A stretch of 63,998 nucleotides of DNA, counting the filler, from Neolecta irregularis DAH-3 (taxonomy: Eukaryota), in NCBI GenBank assembly GCA_001929475.1. It is 7 parts of 7 records of this genome, joined end to end, with 100 filler letters (N's around TTAATTAATTAA, not from the genome) between each part and the next. Parts side by side here need not be neighbours in the genome. Positions count along the whole stretch, not along the records: positions 62,889 to 63,998 come from LXFE01001437.1; 6 more parts are not named here. The stretch is one strand, 5' to 3'. The notes under the pieces are model-generated. The model ran no database searches, was not told where the DNA came from, and saw only the letters and a program-made list of their open reading frames with translations. Positions within the stretch are counted from its first letter, which is position 1, and the number at the start of each line of letters is the position of its first letter. Shown here in pieces: positions 62,889-63,998 of the stretch. A program made the position numbers and the translations under genes.

Positions 62889-63998
62889 CCAAATTGTGGC
62901 AGAGAGAGATGCTATAATGTTAAGAATTGCATCAAATTGACATACTGGCTGTAGTACCGGCACCTGCAAGTCTATTTATCGTAAGTCGCGTATTATCACT
63001 TGGACAACATACAGGAGAGTCTCAGTGTTTGATTGTAACCGACCTCGACGGTCTTTTTTCGTCTCAGCCAAATCGGCATAAGCAATCATAAAATGCATAA
63101 AATCCTTGCGACCCGAATTATTTGCAAGCCGCGTATCAATCCTTCTGTTGTAATCCTGAAAATATTAGCATTATGGGCCGGATAAAAGGAACCCCGCCTT
63201 TCTGAACAAAGCAAGTCCTTCACGAAGCGATTTCGGAGATATAATAGCATTGAATTTAGCGAGAAACGGTGATGCTAGTGCCTACCCAGATAAGAGGAAT
63301 TCAACAAGTGACCTACCAATCCAGCTAATTTGAGTGGTGCCGTTGCAAATAACACAAGAGAGGCCATGTTCCCATTCTTCATTAAATCGTACGATTCTCC
63401 AAAGCATAAATCTCCCATTACGTCATATGTGAAGAAGCTAGTCCATGTAGTGAGGTTCTAAACCATCAAATGTTGGCCTCGAAACGTCATACCAAAGCCT
63501 GCTCTCCGTTTCTTCCAAACTTGAGGACGCTTTCGCAGAAATAAACAGCATTTTGGGCAACCAAGAATTCTAATTTGGCCAAGGTCTGATGAGAGAATCC
63601 GGGACCCATTGATTTCATAAGCTGCCGGTGGACTGAGTGATCTCGAACATTGTTCAAACTAGAATATGCCGCATTTTCTTTGAAAGCATCGTATCCCGGC
63701 GACTTTATAACGGACGATGACGGACCGTAGATATCTGAACTTAGATTTTGTTGCAAGATGAATTTACCTCTTTGAGCATCAACGTTGCAGATAGAAACTG
63801 CATTTGGACCGACTCGGACGAAATCGCCTTGTAAAAGTCAGGAATGTTTTCAATTCAATGACGGAAATACCATATTTTTCATGCAATTCCTTTAGATGCT
63901 TATGTCTTTTGCCTGACTTCACGAGCATCACATGATAGAACGGATTGATCTTTGCCCAGAAAGGACCCTTGAATGTTGCGAGTGGATGAAGAGCAACA
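62889..63998 (-). CDS. Cytochrome P450, partial (fungal CYP53/CYP65-like clan)
   Basis: LHPLATFKGPFWAK, LHEKYG|DFVRVGPNAVS, DIYG, YDVMGDLCFGESYDLM, RKDFMHF and I-helix LAGAGTTA. Truncated by the window edge and a gap. Confidence 0.8.

Overview
Gene-dense, intron-rich fungal nuclear DNA with introns mostly about 30-50 nt. My inference from gene content, compaction and intron style is an early-diverging ascomycete (Taphrinomycotina, Neolecta-like); this cannot be proven from the window. The window is a pseudo-scaffold of seven contigs joined by artificial N-TTAATTAATTAA-N linkers, so adjacency across linkers is not biological. About 30 protein genes are recognisable: an ANTH/AP180 adaptor, patatin TAG lipase, truncated XRN1, two paralogous Zn2Cys6-family TFs, Na+/H+ antiporter, HIS7, S8 protease, UFD1-domain protein, ATP2, FAP7, MED16, CIA84, MRM2, CYP504-like P450, MRPL19, SAT4/HAL4, a PQ-loop transporter, SEY1, HFI1, ICL1, NBS1, a class I GATase, SRS2, MSH6, small secreted proteins and a second P450. 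Less obvious structure: (1) a TCACGTG box 47-52 nt upstream of five unrelated start codons; (2) recurrent GC donors and GAG acceptors; (3) a short solo-LTR family whose 3' hairpin shows compensatory changes; (4) a Tourist/Harbinger-like MITE with a TCA target-site duplication; (5) a compacted catalytic-core-only XRN1; (6) a tandem pair of orphan Cys-containing effector-like genes, one lacking its signal peptide; (7) a GC-rich island with a G-to-C skew flip beside a decayed Cdc25-type SH3 fragment; (8) two P450s lacking the canonical I-helix acid-Thr pair. No rRNA, convincing tRNA or CRISPR array was seen. Coordinates of spliced genes are hand-traced start-to-stop spans.
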